Below, in pieces: positions 62,780 through 64,000 of a DNA stretch of 64,000 bases. The notes under the pieces are model-generated. The model did not search any database and was not told where the DNA came from. It saw nothing but the letters and a program-made list of their open reading frames with translations. The stretch's first letter is position 1. Each line of letters opens with the position of its first letter. The DNA comes from Macrostomum lignano (Eukaryota), in contig NIVC01001023.1 of the NCBI GenBank assembly GCA_002269645.1, positions 1 to 64,000 of the forward strand. Reading direction: 5' to 3'. Made by a program: the position numbers and the translations under genes.

Positions 62780-64000
62780 TGCAGTTGTTACACACGAAGC
62801 TTCACTACAGTGTTGTAAAAGTGTGTAAATAATAAATAGAAGGTCGCAGTTTTAATTGTACATTAATAATTATTTCAAACAAATATTTAATTGTGGTCAA
62901 GTTGGCTGCGAAATGTTCTCAAAGCTGAAAATTACCCGTTCTTTCCATCGAATGTGTAACCCTCTCTCCCAGGTAACTCGACCTTTTCTTCCTGGTGGCT
63001 CATGAGAGCAATATTTTAGTCTGCACCCCCTCCCTCCCATGCCACACTCTCGTTTGAAACTAGACTATCGTTTAGACCACTCGGACCCAGATTCCAAGAA
63101 TACGAGAGAACCCTAAGTGTAAGCTGTAAGCCGAGGCTTCCCGACCCAATCAACTCCTCTCCCAACTAGCCACGGCGCCGGAACCGACCTCGGAACCAGA
63201 CGAACAGAGACCCTATGGTGCTCTGTACAGCCACACAGGCTTGACAACGGCGGCAGAAAACGCGCTAAAGACCGACAAGCGCTACTTACTTACGGACGAA
63301 ACGCGATTGAATGACGATGCAAATTAACTAAACTCTAGGACTGCGTTTACCGTAAACTACATGTATGAACTGTATGATGTATAATGTATGAACTCAGTAC
63401 TTTGTTGTCTTGGAACAACCCTGTTTGTTTTATTTTGTGACAATTATATTAGTTTTTATGCGTTTTTAAAGGAATATTTTCTGAATATTAATTTTACCCG
63501 GTCCGAGCGAGTTGCGATCGATTTTTATTAATTAAATAGCTGTGCTAGAAAATTTCGAAAACGTGCCGGTTTGGTAACAATCCTTCCGGATCTAGTCGTA
63601 TGTGTCGATTGAGGCAAGGAAATGGCGTCAATCTGTTCTTGTGGAGCGACAGCTTCCATCGTGGTCTCACTGTCAGGATCCTCGATGGCTTCTACCGGCA
63701 TACCGGCTTCCCCCTAACGGGACTGTCTTCAGCCGGAGCTTGCTCCTCGGTGACATCTTCTGCCGCCTCCTCCAACAGATCGCCATTTTCATCGAACACA
63801 GCTCTGCCACTCTGTTTACCGTTCGAAACCTCGTGCGGATCACCTTCATCGATTACTCCCGCCTCTCCTTCCAAGGGCTCCATCGGCGGGGTGGCACTGC
63901 AACTGGCAGGTCGGGAGTGGCAACTGTGGTAACCTGCTGGGACTCATCCACAGGCGCCGATGACGCACTTTCTGATACCTGGAGCGGTTGAGTCGCAGCA
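62780..64000 (-). mobile_element. 3' end of a Gypsy-like LTR element (pol tail, long 3' UTR, PPT, 246-bp 3' LTR 62780-63025)
   Basis: - strand RSGRIVTKPARF* (stop at 63545); PPT GGGAGGGAGGGGG directly before TGCAG...CTGCA; ATTAAA inside the LTR. Confidence 0.65.

Overview
Repeat-rich eukaryotic (invertebrate-looking) genomic DNA made mostly of mobile elements. Bases 1-11524 are the right-hand part of an integrated Polinton/Maverick (adintovirus-like) virus. On the + strand it carries an integrase-chromodomain tail, penton, a basic core protein, major capsid protein, adenain-like protease, packaging ATPase, conserved ORFs and an unexpected TATA-binding-protein (TBP)-like gene. A protein-primed DNA polymerase B lies convergently on the - strand, followed by a 47-bp hairpin array and an ACTACT terminus. 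Most frameshifts in these genes are repaired by restoring one base to a short homopolymer, so the element may be intact. Next come decayed LINE, mariner, hAT, pogo and LTR pieces and an unexplained ORFan module (about 18-20.6 kb). A 7.36-kb Mutator element (34469-41831; TIRs, 9-bp TSD) has a 4-exon gene that becomes a 1013-aa transposase-SWIM-USP deubiquitinase fusion once a 234-bp hAT MITE is removed. An FB/NOF-like element with ~690-bp inverted repeats follows. The right end holds a C-type lectin ORF, a Gypsy element inside a (GACA)n tract, an intact host gene for an FN2x3/TSP1x10 membrane protein, and the 3' end of another Gypsy element. All calls come from manual motif reading; no database searches were run.
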